From: a virus
Length of the DNA: 38,151 nt
UHGV virus genome: UHGV-0331106
Direction: 5' to 3' (one strand)
Below the pieces are notes generated by a model, which was not told the origin of the DNA, ran no database searches, and saw only the letters and a list, made by a program, of their open reading frames with translations. Below are positions 37,752-38,151 of the stretch, piece after piece. A program made the translations under genes and the position numbers. Numbering within the stretch: the first letter of the stretch is position 1; every line of letters starts with the position of its first letter.

Positions 37752-38151
37752 TCAGCTTTCTTCTTCTGTCTTCTGTTCATTTCCCGTCCTCCTGAATCTT
37801 TTTTCCATCAGTGCCGCAAGGTCGAGGTATTCCTCGGCTATCGCAGATTCCCCGTGCGTCTCCCGGATCTTATCCCGGAACTGTGCAAGCGTCCCGTAGA
37901 AGCATCCGCACCGTACACCCACGCCACCATCTTTGAGACGGAAGAAGGTCGTTGTGCGGTTGACAGATCCGAAACCGTGAGCGTATGCATAGTCCCCATC
38001 GCCGGAAACCTGTGCATCTCCGTACACCCACGCATTGTCGTACACCAGCGCATTGCCGCACACCAGCGCATTGCCGTACACCCACGCATTGCCGTACACC
38101 CACGCATTGTCGTACACCCGCGCATCGCCGGAAACCTGTGCATCTCCGTAC
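37752..38151 (-). CDS. C-terminal part of hexapeptide-repeat protein (frame open to the window end)
   Basis: ...YGDAQVSGDARVYDNAWVYGNAWVYGNALVCGNALVYDNAWVYGDAQVSGDGDYAYAHGFGS...KTEEES*. No start codon inside the window; in phase with the 1-194 fragment. Confidence 0.6.
   Translation of the reverse strand, partial: YGDAQVSGDARVYDNAWVYGNAWVYGNALVCGNALVYDNAWVYGDAQVSGDGDYAYAHGFGSVNRTTTFFRLKDGGVGVRCGCFYGTLAQFRDKIRETHGESAIAEEYLDLAALMEKRFRRTGNEQKTEEES
37990..38151. repeat. 18-bp tandem repeat array, 9 units, coding
   Basis: Units begin at 37990, 38008, 38026, ..., 38134. The last three units are identical to 1-54. Confidence 0.9.

Noticed and set aside
37990-38151. Tandem 18-bp repeats considered as a CRISPR or other non-coding array
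   Set aside because: Units are contiguous with no spacers, and they encode in-frame hexapeptide repeats.

Overview
This window looks like a complete, circularly permuted temperate siphovirus genome of about 38.1 kb from a low-GC Firmicutes/Clostridia host. The first 54 nt are identical to the last 54 nt, and both ends lie inside the same 18-bp tandem-repeat gene. Most genes sit on the minus strand as one long leftward early-to-late transcription unit. The order is: hexapeptide-repeat protein (spans the window junction), early and replication genes (DUF2800-like nuclease, DUF2815-like, family-A DNA polymerase, primase/VirE-type helicase, VRR-NUC, SNF2 helicase, Zn-ribbon, NT5C-like remnant, DUF551), an ArpU-like late regulator, a hicAB toxin-antitoxin pair, terminase small and large subunits, portal, MuF-like protein, a DUF4406 moron, scaffold, major capsid, head-tail connectors, major tail protein, G/T chaperones, a 1184-aa tape measure protein, Dit, Tal, fibre-like proteins, holin and amidase endolysin. 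The plus strand carries the lysogeny arm: CI-like repressor, ImmA-like protease, a lipoprotein in the position of a superinfection-exclusion gene, and a tyrosine integrase followed by an attP-like region with a tRNA 3'-end fragment. An IS110-family insertion sequence has landed inside the immunity region. Features worth a second look: the junction-spanning hexapeptide-repeat gene, a divergent cro/cI switch with three operator copies, a consensus sigma-70 promoter inside hicA, an A9 tract that frameshifts the lipoprotein signal peptide, an iteron-rich putative origin upstream of the primase, a frame-split NT5C-like gene, and several small unannotated ORFs and terminators.
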